Source: Planktothrix sp. GU0601_MAG3
GTDB taxonomy: Bacteria; Cyanobacteriota; Cyanobacteriia; Cyanobacteriales; Microcoleaceae
DNA length: 64,000 nucleotides
Assembly (NCBI GenBank): GCA_035193785.1
Contig: CP136572.1
Location: forward strand, 3,988,578-4,052,577
Direction: 5' to 3'
The notes below the pieces were generated by a model. The model worked only from the letters and a program-made list of their open reading frames with translations. It searched no databases and was not told the origin of the DNA. Position 1 is the first letter of the stretch; each line of letters starts with the position of its first letter. The position numbers and the translations under genes were made by a program. Of this stretch, positions 47,176-60,312 are shown one piece after another.

Positions 47176-47589
47176 TTATCCCTTATTTTTGATCAACATC
47201 ACATCAATAATGTTATTAGCCATCGGTTCGGAAATCTCTAAAACATTAAAGAGCTTATCTAATAGGGCTTCTTCTTCTTCAGTAATAACTCCATCGGCTA
47301 AAGTAATATCAGTAACTACAGCAAAAGCAGTTTCTCGCAGTTCCATAGGCAATTTTTTCACCGCCTCTTTCAATAATACATCTGCTCCTTGTGCTTGTAA
47401 TTGATTGAGGAGTTGATCAATCATTCCTCGCATTTTTTCCCCGGAATAATCACTAAAAAGCTGCATCCGAGAGAAAGTTGTGGTAATGGATTGGGATTCA
47501 CTTCCAGTAATATAACCATCAGCAGCTACCGCAATTAATGCGATCGCAGCAAAAGCTTCCGCAGAATTGAATTGAATGGCGCTTGACAT
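47176..47589 (-). CDS. TerB family protein
   Basis: AVAADGYIT..E, DITLADG.ITEEE. Confidence 0.85.
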   Translation of the reverse strand: MSSAIQFNSAEAFAAIALIAVAADGYITGSESQSITTTFSRMQLFSDYSGEKMRGMIDQLLNQLQAQGADVLLKEAVKKLPMELRETAFAVVTDITLADGVITEEEEALLDKLFNVLEISEPMANNIIDVMLIKNKG

Positions 47590-47672
47590 TGTGAAAGCCT
47601 CCTGGGGTGATTTGGCGTTATCGTAGATTTTTCCCACGTTTATGATTACACTATCTGCGATTTTTTTCCAAT

Positions 47673-48993
47673 TTATTTTCCAAAAACTGCCAATTCCGCC
47701 GTCAAAAAGTCAACAAATTGCCGCGCAGTTTCTTCCCGAACGTCCATTATGACGAGTCGCCCATTGTAGGGCGCGAAACTCCAAATCTTCGGGACTAATA
47801 TCAATTCCTCCTTGATGGGCTAAATGTCGTACCATATTCAAATAGGTGTTCTGATCAGCCGGTGGAAAGGTGACGGTTAAACCAAAGCGATCACTAAAGG
47901 ATAATTTTTCCTGTACCGTATCCCAAACATGAACCTCATCCTGATCTTTCGGGGAAGGTCGATCTTCAAAATATTCTCGAATTAAATGGCGACGGTTAGA
48001 AGTAGCATAAACAATCACATTTTGCGGACGGGCGGTTAAGTTTCCTTCTAATACCACTTTCAATGCTTTAAAAGCATCATCATCTTCTTCAAAGGATAAA
48101 TCATCCACAAAAATAATAAATTTCTGCGGTGTCCCTCGTAATTGTTCCACCACTAATGGTAAGTCTTTTAAATCGGATTTTGCCACTTCAATTAAACGTA
48201 AACCGCGATCGCTATATTCATGTAATAACGATTTAATTAAGGAGGATTTACCCGACCCACGACTACCATATAATAAAACATTTAAAGCTGAATATCCTCC
48301 TAACAATATTTCTGTATTTTTCAATAAAAGATCCCGTTGAGTTTCATATCCAATTAACTCGCTCAAATGCACTGGATCAGGGTGATTAATCGTTATTAAC
48401 TTGCCATTTTGCCAACGAAAGGCATCGGCTTGGGCAAATAAACCCGTTCCAAATTTATGATAATGATTCGCTAAACTTTCTATGGATTCTGACCAATTTT
48501 CTTGGGTTTTAAATTTATTTCTTAAGAGCAATTCTTGGATTTTTTCTAATGCTTCCGGTTGCGGTTGCCAAATTATGGGGTTTTCCGATAATTGGGCAAC
48601 GGTTCTTAACCAATGGCTGACTTTTTCGCCATTATATTGATAGAGACTTTGGAGAATTTTTAAATCTTGTTTTGCCGCTTCTATTAAAACCGGAGGTAAT
48701 TGCTCAAAGGTAGTTTGTTGGGCTTGTTGGGTAAAGGGATTATCCGCCCTTAAAATTTGAGTAATTAGATGTTCTTGCCAATTTTGTTGATATTTGGCTT
48801 GGACTTTAAACCAGCTACCATAGGCTTTTAAACAGTTTAAAATACTCGATTCACTATGATGAAATGTTTCTAAAAGATATAAAAAGGCTTGCCCAATTTC
48901 ATGATCAAAAATATCTTGATACAGTAGTAAAGTGGCAACCTGACGCTGTAGGAACCTAACCTGTGAAATAATGGGGCTATTCAGAGAAGACAT
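47673..48993 (-). CDS. DUF815 AAA+ ATPase; frameshift at 47728
   Basis: LLYGSRGSGKSS, FVDDLSFE, YATSNRRHL, LSFSDRFGL; corrected NGRSGRTARQF. Confidence 0.9.
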
Positions 48994-49194
48994 AAAATAA
49001 AATTAAAAAGTAACACATAGGAATTAAGGATTAACTTTGCATTGTAGCAAAAATTTATTTTAAAATGCCATGAACTTTTATAACGTTTTATAACGTTAAA
49101 TTTTAATTTTTGATACAATTTGGAAGGATTGTTAATCCATAGATTCCTAGAGGTTGTATAAAGAAACTTTGTAATTGTTTTTTGGGCATAGGTT

Positions 49195-49518
49195 ATGATG
49201 GATTTTGGAGTAATTGCGGCGATCGCTTACGGCTTATTAGCCTTTATCGGTGGGATTGTGGGTTATACCAAAGCCAAAAGTAAAATTTCTCTATTTGCGG
49301 GTTGTTCCACTGGAATTTTACTGATTTTGGGTGGTATTCTCCAAATCCAAGGAGTAAGCTGGGGATTAGTATTATCCATTGTGCTATCGGTTTTTCTGAT
49401 CATTACTTTTATTTCTCGGTTGCTCAAAACCCGCAAATTTATGCCATCTGGATTAATGATTATTGCTGGGTTTATAGCGGTGACAATGATGGGGTATCAA
49501 CTACAAGTGGTTTTATAA
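49195..49518 (+). CDS. TMEM14 family membrane protein
   Basis: GGIVGYTKAKSKISL, KFMPSG. Confidence 0.85.
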   Translation: MMDFGVIAAIAYGLLAFIGGIVGYTKAKSKISLFAGCSTGILLILGGILQIQGVSWGLVLSIVLSVFLIITFISRLLKTRKFMPSGLMIIAGFIAVTMMGYQLQVVL

Positions 49519-49670
49519 TCAAATTTTATTTGCCAATCATTCAGGGGAAATATACCTGAGAATTTTCTGGTGAATGCGAACTATCAAAAGGCAATATTCA
49601 ATGGACTTTTAGCCATTTTACCAACATTTTAAATCATTTAATTAAAATTCCGGTAGAGATTGCCATCTAG

Positions 49671-49789
49671 TAAGTAGTTGCACAAAATAAATTACCTAGT
49701 TGAGAGGGGGAAACAGGGAACAGGGAACAGGGAACAGGGAACACCGGATCTGGGTAGAGAATTTGTAATTAATTTTGTTTAGTTACTTA
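49671..49789. mobile_element. MITE-like element with imperfect 25-bp TIRs enclosing a GGGAACA array
   Basis: TAAGTAGTTGCACAAAATAAATTAC...GTAATTAATTTTGTTTAGTTACTTA. Confidence 0.6.
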
Positions 49790-50019
49790 ATGCTTGCGGG
49801 ATTTGTGAAAAAATCCCGTAGGAGATTGGTCTCCAAACTTAGGTGCAAACGAGGTTTGGAGACTCAAGCCCTACAATAAAATATTGCCTTCCATAGTGTA
49901 TGAAAAATCAAAAAATATTACAATATATTTAGGAATTGCTACATGATAGACAAAATTCCGTAGAACGGTTAACCTATAGGCGCTGGGATATTATTTTTGT
50001 GGAGTTTGAGAGATAAATT

Positions 50020-50379
50020 ATGAATATCTTAACCATTCCAGTTATTCCTGTAGATTTAGAACGTCTGAATCGTTTGCTCAAGGGAAATTGTCACCTGCAA
50101 CAAAAATTGCTGTACCTGTTTCTAAAACAAGCTGAAATCCGAACTCAGAGCCTGCACCAAGGGATTATTAATCGGGATTTTGTCAGTATTAAACAACAAG
50201 CTCATGCTCTAAGAGGATCAAGTGCAACCGCAGCCATCTTACAAATCCCAGAAATTGCGGAACAACTCGAAAACCTCGCCGAAGCCGAAAACTTAGAAGG
50301 AGCAATGGAGTTAGTCGAAAAACTACAAGAGTGTTTAATTCGGGTTCGAGTTTTTGTTCAAGAAGAAACTTTATCTTAA
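50020..50379 (+). CDS. Hpt phosphotransfer protein
   Basis: AHALRGSSA..A..LE. Confidence 0.85.
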   Translation: MNILTIPVIPVDLERLNRLLKGNCHLQQKLLYLFLKQAEIRTQSLHQGIINRDFVSIKQQAHALRGSSATAAILQIPEIAEQLENLAEAENLEGAMELVEKLQECLIRVRVFVQEETLS

Positions 50380-50538
50380 TCAAATTTTTGATATCTAATT
50401 AATTAATAGAATTGCTATTATAATTAGATTTCATATTAGTTAAACAGCACTCGAACCTAAAATATTCCTGGAGATTGAGGACACTCGCACTACTAATATT
50501 CAAGGAGATAATATTAACCCCAATCAACTCAAAAAACC

Positions 50539-51259
50539 CTACTCAATCCAACCGGAACGTAAGGCCCGAAACCGCAGCCTGAGTACGATCATCAGCACAG
50601 AGCTTATTCAGAATACTACGAACATGGGTTTTAACCGTTCCCACGGTAATATAAAGTTTTTCGGCAATTTCCGCATTACTCCGTCCAGCCACAATTAATT
50701 CTAAAACCTCTAATTCCCTGTCAGTTAAAGGACAAGATTTTAAAAATTCTTGATACTCAGCTTCTACCGCATTAATCATCACAGTTTTCTGATCACCCGC
50801 AGCCGGAATATCCGGTTGTTTTTTCTTCGCTTGTTTGAGAACGGTACGAGCAATCACGGGATCAATCCAAGCATTTCCTTCATGGGTAGTATAAATCGCA
50901 TCCTTGAGTTTATCAACACTCACATCCTTAACACTATAGGAATCTGCACCCGCGGCAAAAGCTCCCATGACCGCATCTTCATTATCGTGCATAGTCAGAA
51001 TCAAAACTTTAGTTTCCCGCGCCCCACTACTAGCAATATGTTGCTTAAATTTTTGGGTTAATTCAATACCATCCATATCCGGTAAACCGATATCAATAAT
51101 GGCAATATCGGGCTGGGTTTTTTTGAGAACTTCCAAACCCGTTTTCCCGTTAGCCGCCTCCCCAACAATCTTAATATCACTGTCTTGTTGTAACGCCGTT
51201 CTCAAACCCACCCGGGTTAAATCATGATCTTCTACCAGAACAATATTGATTTTAGTCAT
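50539..51259 (-). CDS. NarL/LuxR response regulator; frameshift at 50568
   Basis: LVEDH, DIGLP, LTDRELEVL..GRSNAEIA..TVKTHV; corrected TQAAVRALRSGWIE. Confidence 0.92.
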
Positions 51260-51394
51260 AACAGAATTTTCCTAATGGTTGTAGGGGTTTTTATTATTTG
51301 TCAATTTGTTGTTAAAATAAATAACAAACTCAAGTCTAATATTAACATCATAACGCTGTATATTTTAAAATATATTAAAAAAAATTCCAAAATT

Positions 51395-52546
51395 ATGCCC
51401 CGTTCTATTAACCCGGCTCCAAAATCCAGTGACCGAATTTTAGCCGTTGATGATTCCCCCGATAACCTATTTTTAGTCGAAGCTATTTTAGGAGAAGAAG
51501 GATACGAAGTTATCTGTAAACCCGATGGCATTTCTGCCTTAGCTTTGATTAAAACCAATCCTCCCGATTTAGTATTATTAGATGTGATGATGCCAGGAAT
51601 TGATGGCTATGAAGTCACTCGCAGGATTCGCAACAATCCCGATCTTCCCTTCATCCCGATTTTATTAATTACTGCCCACGATCATTCTAGTGTGGTTGAG
51701 GGATTAGATGCTGGGGCGGATGACTTCATTCGTAAACCCGTTGAGGTTGATGAACTCTTAGCCCGGGTGCGATCGCTCCTGAGACTCAAACATAGCATTG
51801 ATCAACAAAAGGCGATGTCTCGACAACGGGAAGACTTTGTTTCCCGCCTGACCCACGATCTGCGGACGCCTCTAGTAGCAGCCGATCGAATGTTACATCT
51901 ATTCCAACAAGGTGCCCTGGGAGAAATTTCTCCCCCCATGGAAGAAGCGATCGCATCCATGATTAAAAGTAACCAAAACCTTCTGCAAATGGTTAACACC
52001 TTATTGGAGGTTTATCGGTATGAAGCGGGTCGAAAAACCCTAACTTTCTCCTATTTCGATTTAGGGCAATTAGTCCAAGAAGTAATTGCAGAACTTACCC
52101 CCCTAATTCAAAATCAAGAATTATCCCTGCAATTTACTCCTTCCCAGGATTGTCTAACCCAAGCCCCAGTTATTATGGGCGACCCCCTAGAAATTCGGCG
52201 AGTTGTCACCAATTTAGTTGGAAATGCGATTAAATTCACCGATAGGGGGATTATCCAAGTTCGTTTGTATCCAACAGAAATGCAACTTAAGATTAGTAAT
52301 CAGCCTCAAAAAGTCATGGTTTTGGAAGTTGAAGATAGTGGAATTGGTATAGCCCCCGAAGATCAAGTTATGATCTTTGAACGATTCCGCCAAGGCAATA
52401 ATAAACGTTCGGGTAGTGGGTTAGGATTACACTTAATTTCACTAATTGTAGAAGCCCACAAAGGCATGATTCAAATGAAATCCCAAATTGGTCAGGGAAG
52501 TCAATTTAAAATTTGTTTACCGCTAAACCCCACATTCGGCGGTTAA
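51395..52546 (+). CDS. Hybrid REC-histidine kinase
   Basis: AVDD, LLDVMMP, THDLRTPL, NAIKFT, DSGIGI, GSGLGL. Confidence 0.9.
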   Translation: MPRSINPAPKSSDRILAVDDSPDNLFLVEAILGEEGYEVICKPDGISALALIKTNPPDLVLLDVMMPGIDGYEVTRRIRNNPDLPFIPILLITAHDHSSVVEGLDAGADDFIRKPVEVDELLARVRSLLRLKHSIDQQKAMSRQREDFVSRLTHDLRTPLVAADRMLHLFQQGALGEISPPMEEAIASMIKSNQNLLQMVNTLLEVYRYEAGRKTLTFSYFDLGQLVQEVIAELTPLIQNQELSLQFTPSQDCLTQAPVIMGDPLEIRRVVTNLVGNAIKFTDRGIIQVRLYPTEMQLKISNQPQKVMVLEVEDSGIGIAPEDQVMIFERFRQGNNKRSGSGLGLHLISLIVEAHKGMIQMKSQIGQGSQFKICLPLNPTFGG

Positions 52547-52627
52547 GAATAGGACAAGTGATGTCTCTTTGACTTATACTTATAAGTTGCCCTAATTTAA
52601 ACCTTAGTTTAACTTTCATTAAGAGTC

Positions 52628-54419
52628 ATGCGAACCCACTACTGCGGTAATCTCCGATCCACCCATCTTGGCGAAACTATCACCCTCTGCGGATGGGTTG
52701 ATAGGCGTCGCGATCATGGGGGTGTAATATTTTTAGATTTACGCGATCGCACGGGTATTGTTCAAATTGTCAGCGACCCAGAACGAACCCCCGACTCCTA
52801 CAAGGCCGCCGAAGGTCTGCGAAATGAATATGTGGTTAAAATCACCGGGCGAGTCTCCCAACGTCCTCCCGAGTCCCTCAACCCCAAATTAGCCACCGGG
52901 GAAATCGAAATTTACGCCGATCAAATCGAACTACTCAACGGACTGGGAAAACAATTACCCTTTCAGATTTCCGCCTCAGAAACCGAAACGGTTAGGGAAG
53001 ATTTACGCCTCAAATATCGCTATTTAGATTTACGTCGAGAAACGCATGACTCGCAATTTGCATTTGCGCCATGAAGTAGTCAAAGCCATGCGGCGATTTT
53101 TAGAAGATCAAGAGCATTTTATCGAAGTTGAAACCCCTATTTTAACCCGTTCAACTCCTGAAGGAGCGCGGGATTATTTGGTTCCGAGTCGAGTCAATCC
53201 TGGGGATTGGTTTGCTTTACCCCAATCGCCCCAACTGTTCAAACAATTATTAATGGTATCAGGATTTGATCGGTATTATCAAATAGCCAGATGTTTCCGA
53301 GATGAGGATTTACGCGCCGATCGCCAACCGGAATTTACTCAATTAGATATGGAAATGAGCTTTATGACCCAGGAAGGAATTCTGGCGTTAAATGAAGCCT
53401 TAGTTGCTCATATTTTTAAAACCGTTAAAGGTATTGAAATTCCCCTTCCCTTCCCCCGTTTAACCTATAAAGAAGCCCTAGATCGTTATGGGAGTGATAA
53501 ACCCGATACCCGCTTTGGTTTAGAGTTAGTGGATATTTCTGATATTGTTAAAAATTGCGGATTTAAGGTATTTTCAGGGGCCGTTGCTTCCGGGGGAATT
53601 GTTAAAATTTTACCGATTCCTGGGGGAAATGAAGCGATTTCTAATGTGCGAATTAAGCCCGGTGGCGATCTGTTTAAAGAAGCCTGTGAAGCGGGGGCTA
53701 AGGGGTTAGCATTTATTCGAGTACGGGAGGATGGTATTGATACCATTGGCGCCATTAAAGATAACCTAACCGCCGAACAAAAACAGGAAATATTAACTCG
53801 AACCAATGCTAAAGCCGGAGATTTACTATTATTTGGGGCGGGGGATATTGCCACAGTTAATAAAACCTTAGACCGTTTGCGTCTATTTGTTGGGAAAGAA
53901 TTAGCACTGATTGATTCGAGTAAAATTAATTTATTGTGGATTGTTGAGTTTCCGATGTTTGAATGGAATGATGAAGAACAACGTTTAGAAGCCCTACATC
54001 ACCCCTTTACCGCCCCCTATCCCGAAGATATCCATGATCTATCCCAAGCCCGGGCGCAGGCCTACGATTTAGTATTAAATGGCTATGAAATCGGCGGTGG
54101 TAGTCTACGGATTTATAAACGAGAAATTCAAGAACAGGTATTTTCAACTATTGGATTAACCCTAGAGGAAGCCTACAGCAAATTCGGCTTTTTATTGGAA
54201 GCCTTTGAATATGGAACCCCTCCCCATGGCGGTATTGCCTACGGTTTGGATCGATTGGTTATGTTATTATCGGGAGAGGAATCTATTCGAGATGTAATCG
54301 CATTTCCTAAGACCCAACAAGCGGGTTGTCTATTAACTAATGCTCCTTCAAGTGTTGATCAAAAACAGTTAAAGGAACTCCAGGTTACTTCAACTTACAA
54401 ACCCAAAACTGAAAAATAA
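52628..54419 (+). CDS. aspS: Aspartate-tRNA ligase; frameshift at 53039
   Basis: [54 protein letters not shown]. Confidence 0.97.
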
Positions 54420-54479
54420 ATCCCTCTGTGGGGGTTGGGCGCGTAAGTTCCGAACCTATAACGCTTCCCCCATTAATAT

Positions 54480-54566
54480 CAGGACTTACGCAGAATACCC
54501 AATTATACACCATCTGTAGGGGCGAATGGCCATTCGCCTAGATATGGTTGTTTTGCGTAAGTCCTG
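54480..54566. mobile_element. 87-bp MITE with 13-bp TIR and 5-bp target-site duplication
   Basis: AATAT|CAGGACTTACGCA...TGCGTAAGTCCTG|AATAT; internal GTAGGGGCGAATGGCCATTCGCC hairpin. Confidence 0.8.
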
Positions 54567-54803
54567 AATATAATAGTCTGTTTATAAAATTTATCTTATA
54601 TCTTACGATTTTATTTGTGAAAAAATATCAAAATAAAAAAATATCTAAACATAGGATTAAATTTAGAGGTAGAGATATTGACGGATTGATCTAAGCAAGT
54701 TAACTTTGATTATTAACGCTAAAAATCCTATAGGGTGTGTAGGCGTAGCACGCGCACTACCTAACTAAATTCTGCTTAACAACATCCAAAAACAAGGGGT
54801 AGC

Positions 54804-56280
54804 ATGGTTAAAATCAATGGTGTGATGATGCAATATTTCCACTGGTATCTTCCGGCCGATGGAAGCCTGTGGAATCAAGTCAAAAAAAATGCCCGGGAGT
54901 TAGCAGATGCGGGAATTACGGCCCTATGGTTACCTCCGGCTTACAAGGGAACCGGGGGCGGGATGGATGTGGGATATGGGGTTTATGATATTTATGATTT
55001 GGGAGAATTTGATCAAAAGGGCTCAATTAGAACTAAATATGGCACTCGTAAACAATATTTAGATGCCATTAATAGTCTGCATAAATCAGAAATTGAAGTC
55101 TATGCAGATACGGTATTAAATCATAAAATTGGGGCGGATGAAACCGAAATTGCTAAAGCAACTCCCTTCCCTTACAGTGATCGAAAAAATCCTAAAGGAG
55201 AGTTACGAGATATCAAGGCTTATACTCTGTTTAACTTCCCGGGTCGTAAAGGAAAATATTCTAAATTTGAGTGGCATTGGTGGCATTTTGATGCCGTTGA
55301 TTATGATGAATTTACCAAGGAATCGGGAACGGTTTATTTATTTGAAGGTAAGACTTTTGATGATTATGTTGCGCTGGAAAATGGCAATTTTTCCTATTTA
55401 ATGGGGGCAGATTTAGACTTCCAAAGTGAGGAAGTCAGAAATGAACTTACCGACTGGTCAAAATGGTATCTTGATACTACGGGTGTGGATGGATTTCGCT
55501 TAGACGCGATTAAACATATTTCGGCTTGGTTTTTCCCAGAATGGTTAGATACCATGGAAAAATATACAGGTCGGAAACTTTTTACAGTGGGGGAATATTG
55601 GTCGCCTGATACTAGCGTTTTGAATTGGTATTTAGACACCGTAGGTCAAAGAATGTCGGTATTTGATGTTAGCTTACATTATAATTTCCACTATGCCAGT
55701 AAAGCTGGAGGATATTATGATATGCAGACAATTCTGGATGGAACATTAGTCAAAGACCGTGCCATGAATGCCGTTACTTTTGTGGAAAATCACGATTCCC
55801 AACCGTTACAAGCCTTAGAATCCGTGGTAGAGCCCTGGTTTAAACCCTTAGCTTATGCGATCATATTATTACGTCAACAGGGTTATCCTTGTATTTTTCA
55901 TGGCGATTATTACGGGGCAGAATATGAAGATAAAGGACGGGATGGGAATACCCATCAAGTTGTTTTACCTTCCCATAAACAGTTTATTGATCAGTGTCTT
56001 TATGCGCGGAAAAATTTTGCTTACGGCCCCCAATATGAATATTTTGATCACCCCGATATTATTGGTTGGACTTGTTTAGGAGATGAACAACATCCGAAAG
56101 CCATGGCGGTGATTTTAAGTGATGGTCAAGAGGGAATGAAACCCATGGAAGTCGGGAAACCTAATACTAAATTCTATGACCTGACGGGGAATATTAAAGA
56201 AACCCATTGAAACAAATGATTCCGGTTGGGGTGAATTTTCTTGTAAAGGCGGTTCGGTTTCGATTTGGGTTCAGGAGTAG
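54804..56280 (+). CDS. Alpha-amylase (GH13); frameshift at 56199
   Basis: MMQYFHWY, DGFRLDAIKH, VGEYW, FVENHD; corrected tail GGSVSIWV. Confidence 0.92.
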
Positions 56281-56487
56281 GGAATAGGGAATTAGGAATT
56301 ACGAATTACGAATGGGGAACACCAGATAATACTTTTGGCTGTTTGATGTCGCTTGTAAATTATTACGACCTATTTGGGTGCTATAGTAGGGGTAATTAAT
56401 GAATTACCCTTGCTTATAGGCTGTTTTCAAATATTATGATTTTGGGTATTCTCAGTTGTCCAAATTTACCCTATTTTTTTAATTAAA

Positions 56488-59400
56488 ATGCACAGAATTG
56501 CAGCCACACCAGGGGGATGGAACCCCGATACAGACGGAGTTATTTTTATTGAACAAACCCCCGCACCGATTATTTTTCTAACGGCGGCGGATACGGATAT
56601 TCAAACCTTAGCCACGGTGGTTTCTAAACTTCCGGCGGATTTTCCCCCGTTGCGAGTCACAAATTTATTACAATTACAACAACAATTAACCATTGATACC
56701 TATGCAGAAACTGTTTTAGAAAAAGCTCAAGTAATTATTTTAAGACTGTTAGGAGGACGTTCCTATTGGTCGTATGGTTTGGAAGTTTTACAAGACATTT
56801 TTGCTAAAACCAAAACCCAATTAATTATCCTTCCGGGGGAAGATCGTCCCGACCCAGATTTAATTAGTCATTCTACCGTATCGTTATCTATTGTTGATCA
56901 AGTTTGGCGCTATTTAACTGAAGCCGGGGTTGATAATTTTGCCAATGCTCTGTTATTAATTGGTAATCATATTTTTAATAAAAATTATCCCATTATTCCT
57001 CCGGTTACTATTCCTAAAGTCGGTGATTATCAGTGGAATTATCATCTAAAACAGGATCATTATATCGGTGCTGTGGGGATTCTATTCTATCGCGCCCATT
57101 ACCTATCTGGCAATTTAGATCCGATAGATTCTCTGTGTCAAGCATTAGTTAAATTAAACTTAAAACCTATTCCGATTTTTGTTTCATCTCTACGAGATCC
57201 CGATCTGCAAACGGAGGTTTTAACCTATTTTAAACCTCAAGATAAGAATGCTATTCAATTATTAATTAATACCACCAGTTTTTCGATTTCTTCGACTTCA
57301 GAAGATAGTATTCAACCGCCATTATTCTCCTTGGATATTCCGGTTTTACAAGTTATTTTAAGTGGGGGAAGTTTAGAACAGTGGGAAAGTAATTTTATGG
57401 GACTTTCCCCTCGGGATATTGCCATGAATGTAGCCTTACCTGAAGTCGATGGACGGATTATTAGTCGGGTTATTTCTTTTAAAGCGGTAGAAAATTGGAA
57501 CCCCACCTTAGAAACTAATGTTGTCCGATATGTGGCGGTACAAAATCGGATTAATTTTGTTGCTGAGTTAGCCAAAAATTGGATTAATTTACAACAGAAA
57601 CCCCCATCAAAACGACACGTTGCGATTATTTTAGCTAACTATCCCTGTCGAGATGGACGCTTAGGTAATGGGGTGGGTTTGGATACGCCAGCCAGTTGTA
57701 TTGAAATTCTAAAAGCCTTAGAAGAAGCGGGATATTTTCTGGAAAATCCCCCTCAAACTGGAGAAGAATTAATTGATCAATTAACAACCGGAATCACTAA
57801 CGACCCGGAAGGTTGGGAGTTAAGAACTATTGATCAAAGTTTATCTTTTAAAGACTATCAAGAGTATTTTTTGACCTTACCTCCCGCCATTCAAACTGCT
57901 ATTAATAACCGATGGAAAGATCATTTTCAAGAGGAACAAAAGACCGCTAAAGGGTTTGCTATTTCAGGTATTCAACGGGGAAATATTTTTATCGGAATAC
58001 AGCCTTCCCGGGGATATGATCTTGATCCAAGTTTAAATTATCATGCCCCGGATTTAGAACCCACACCGGATTATTTGGCGTTTTATTATTGGTTGCGATC
58101 GCAATTTCAAGCCGATGCTATTATTCACTTAGGAAAACATGGGAATTTGGAATGGTTGCCGGGTAAAAGTGTAGGATTATCAGAAAACTGTTATCCTGAA
58201 ATAGCGTTAGGGGCCTTACCCAATTTTTATCCCTTTATTGTTAATGATCCAGGGGAGGGAACCCAAGCCAAACGTCGTTCCCAAGCGGTAATTTTAGACC
58301 ATTTAACACCACCTTTAACCCGTGCGGAATTATATGGATCATTACAACAGTTAGAAGGGTTAATGGATGAATATTATCAAGCCCAAAGTTTAGATCCTTC
58401 TCGGTTATCGTTGATTTCAGAAAGAATTATTCAGCTAATTCAACAGGAGAATTTAGAGGAAGAATTGGGCTTACCCAAACTAAATAAACAGGCGGTTTTA
58501 CAGGATCAAAATTCTATCTTTAGTGAATTAGATCGATATTTATGTGAATTAAAAGAGGCACAAATTCGGGATGGATTACATATTTTTGGGCAATGTCCCC
58601 AGGGTGAACAATTAAGGGATTTAATCATCTCTATAGCCCGTCATCCTGATACTAAACGCTTGGGTTTAAGTCGCGCGATCGCCCAAGATTGGCAGTTAGA
58701 TTTTGATCCCTTAACCTCAGATTATGGAGAAATTATTAATCAAACTATTAATAATCAATTCTGTCGAACTGTTGGGGATGGGGTGGCAGTTATTGAAGAA
58801 TATGCGATTAATTTAATTGAAGAATTACCCGCTATCCCCGATCAACAAATATTAATCCAAAAAGAATTAAACTGGATTCAGAATAAATTATTACCCAATT
58901 TATTGAGAAACCTCCGAAGAAATTACTAATCTATTAAAAGGTTTAGCAGGTCGATTTATCGAGAGTGGTGCATCGGGGGCACCAACAAGAGGAAAACCCA
59001 ATGTTTTGCCCACCGGACGCAATTTTTATTCCGTTGATATCCGGGCTATTCCTACAGAAACCGCCTGGAGAGTTGGGGAATTAGCAGCATCAGTATTAAT
59101 TGAACGTTATACACAAGAAAATGGCGAATATCCCCGCACATTAGGGTTATCAGTTTGGGGAACTTCAACAATGCGAACTGGGGGAGATGACATGGCGGAA
59201 GCCTTAGCATTATTGGGAGTCAAACCTGTTTGGGATTATCCTTCGCGGCGAGTAGTTGATTTTGAAATATTACCAATTTCTATTTTAGGCCGTCCCCGGG
59301 TGGATGTAACACTAAGGATTTCAGGGTTTTTTAGAGATGCTTTTCCCAATTTAATTGATTTATTTGATCAAGCGGTGATTGCTGTTTCTAATTTAGATGA

Positions 59401-60235
59401 AACCGCAGATCAAAATCCTTTAGCTGCAAAAGTTCAACAGGAAACTGAATTTTGGGTGCAGGAAGGTTTAACAATTGAACAGGCAAATTTGCGATCGCGC
59501 TTGAGAATTTTTGGGTCTAAACCTGGGGCTTATGGGGCGGGTTTACAGGGATTAATTGAATCCCAAAATTGGCAAACGGATCAGGATTTAGCAACGGCCT
59601 ATATTAACTGGAGTAGTTACGCTTATACCAGTACAAATTCTGGATATCAACAGGGAATTTCCGCGTCAGAAGCCTTTCAAAATCGCTTAGAAAATATGCA
59701 AATTGTTCTGCAAAATCAAGATAACCGAGAACATGATTTATTAGATTCCGATGACTATTATCAATTTCAAGGGGGAATGACCGTTGCGGTTAGAACATTA
59801 ACGGGAGAAAATCCTGAGATTTATTTTGGGGATAATGCTATTCCTGAAAACCCGAAGGTGAAACTTTTAAAAGAAGAAATTTCTCAAGTATATCGTTCTC
59901 GAGTTATTAACCCTAAATGGATAGCTGGAGTTATGCGACATGGCTATAAAGGAGCTTTTGAACTATCAGCAACCGTTGATTTTTTATTCGCCTATGATGT
60001 AACGGCAAATTGTGTAGAAGATTTTATGTATGAAGGAGTGGCAAATGCTTATGTTTTTGATCAGAAAGTCCAACAATTTATTCAAGAAAAAAATCCTTGG
60101 GCGTTACGCGATATGGCAGAAAGATTATTAGAAGCGCATCAACGCCAATTCTGGCAAACAGCGAGTCAAAATATGATCGAACAGTTGAGGGCAATTGTTC
60201 ATGAAGCCGAGGGAATAATTGAAGGCAAGGTTTAA
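56488..60235 (+). CDS. cobN: Cobaltochelatase CobN; frameshift at 58907
   Basis: MHRIAATPGG, ALPEVDG, HLGKHGNLEWLPGK, PTGRNFY, NPKWIAGVMRHGYKGA. Confidence 0.95.
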
Positions 60236-60312
60236 TGGGATAGTTTTGATTTATAATTGGACAAGAGCAATCCCGATTAACCAAAATCATCTAATTCCAG
60301 CTAACAATTGCT

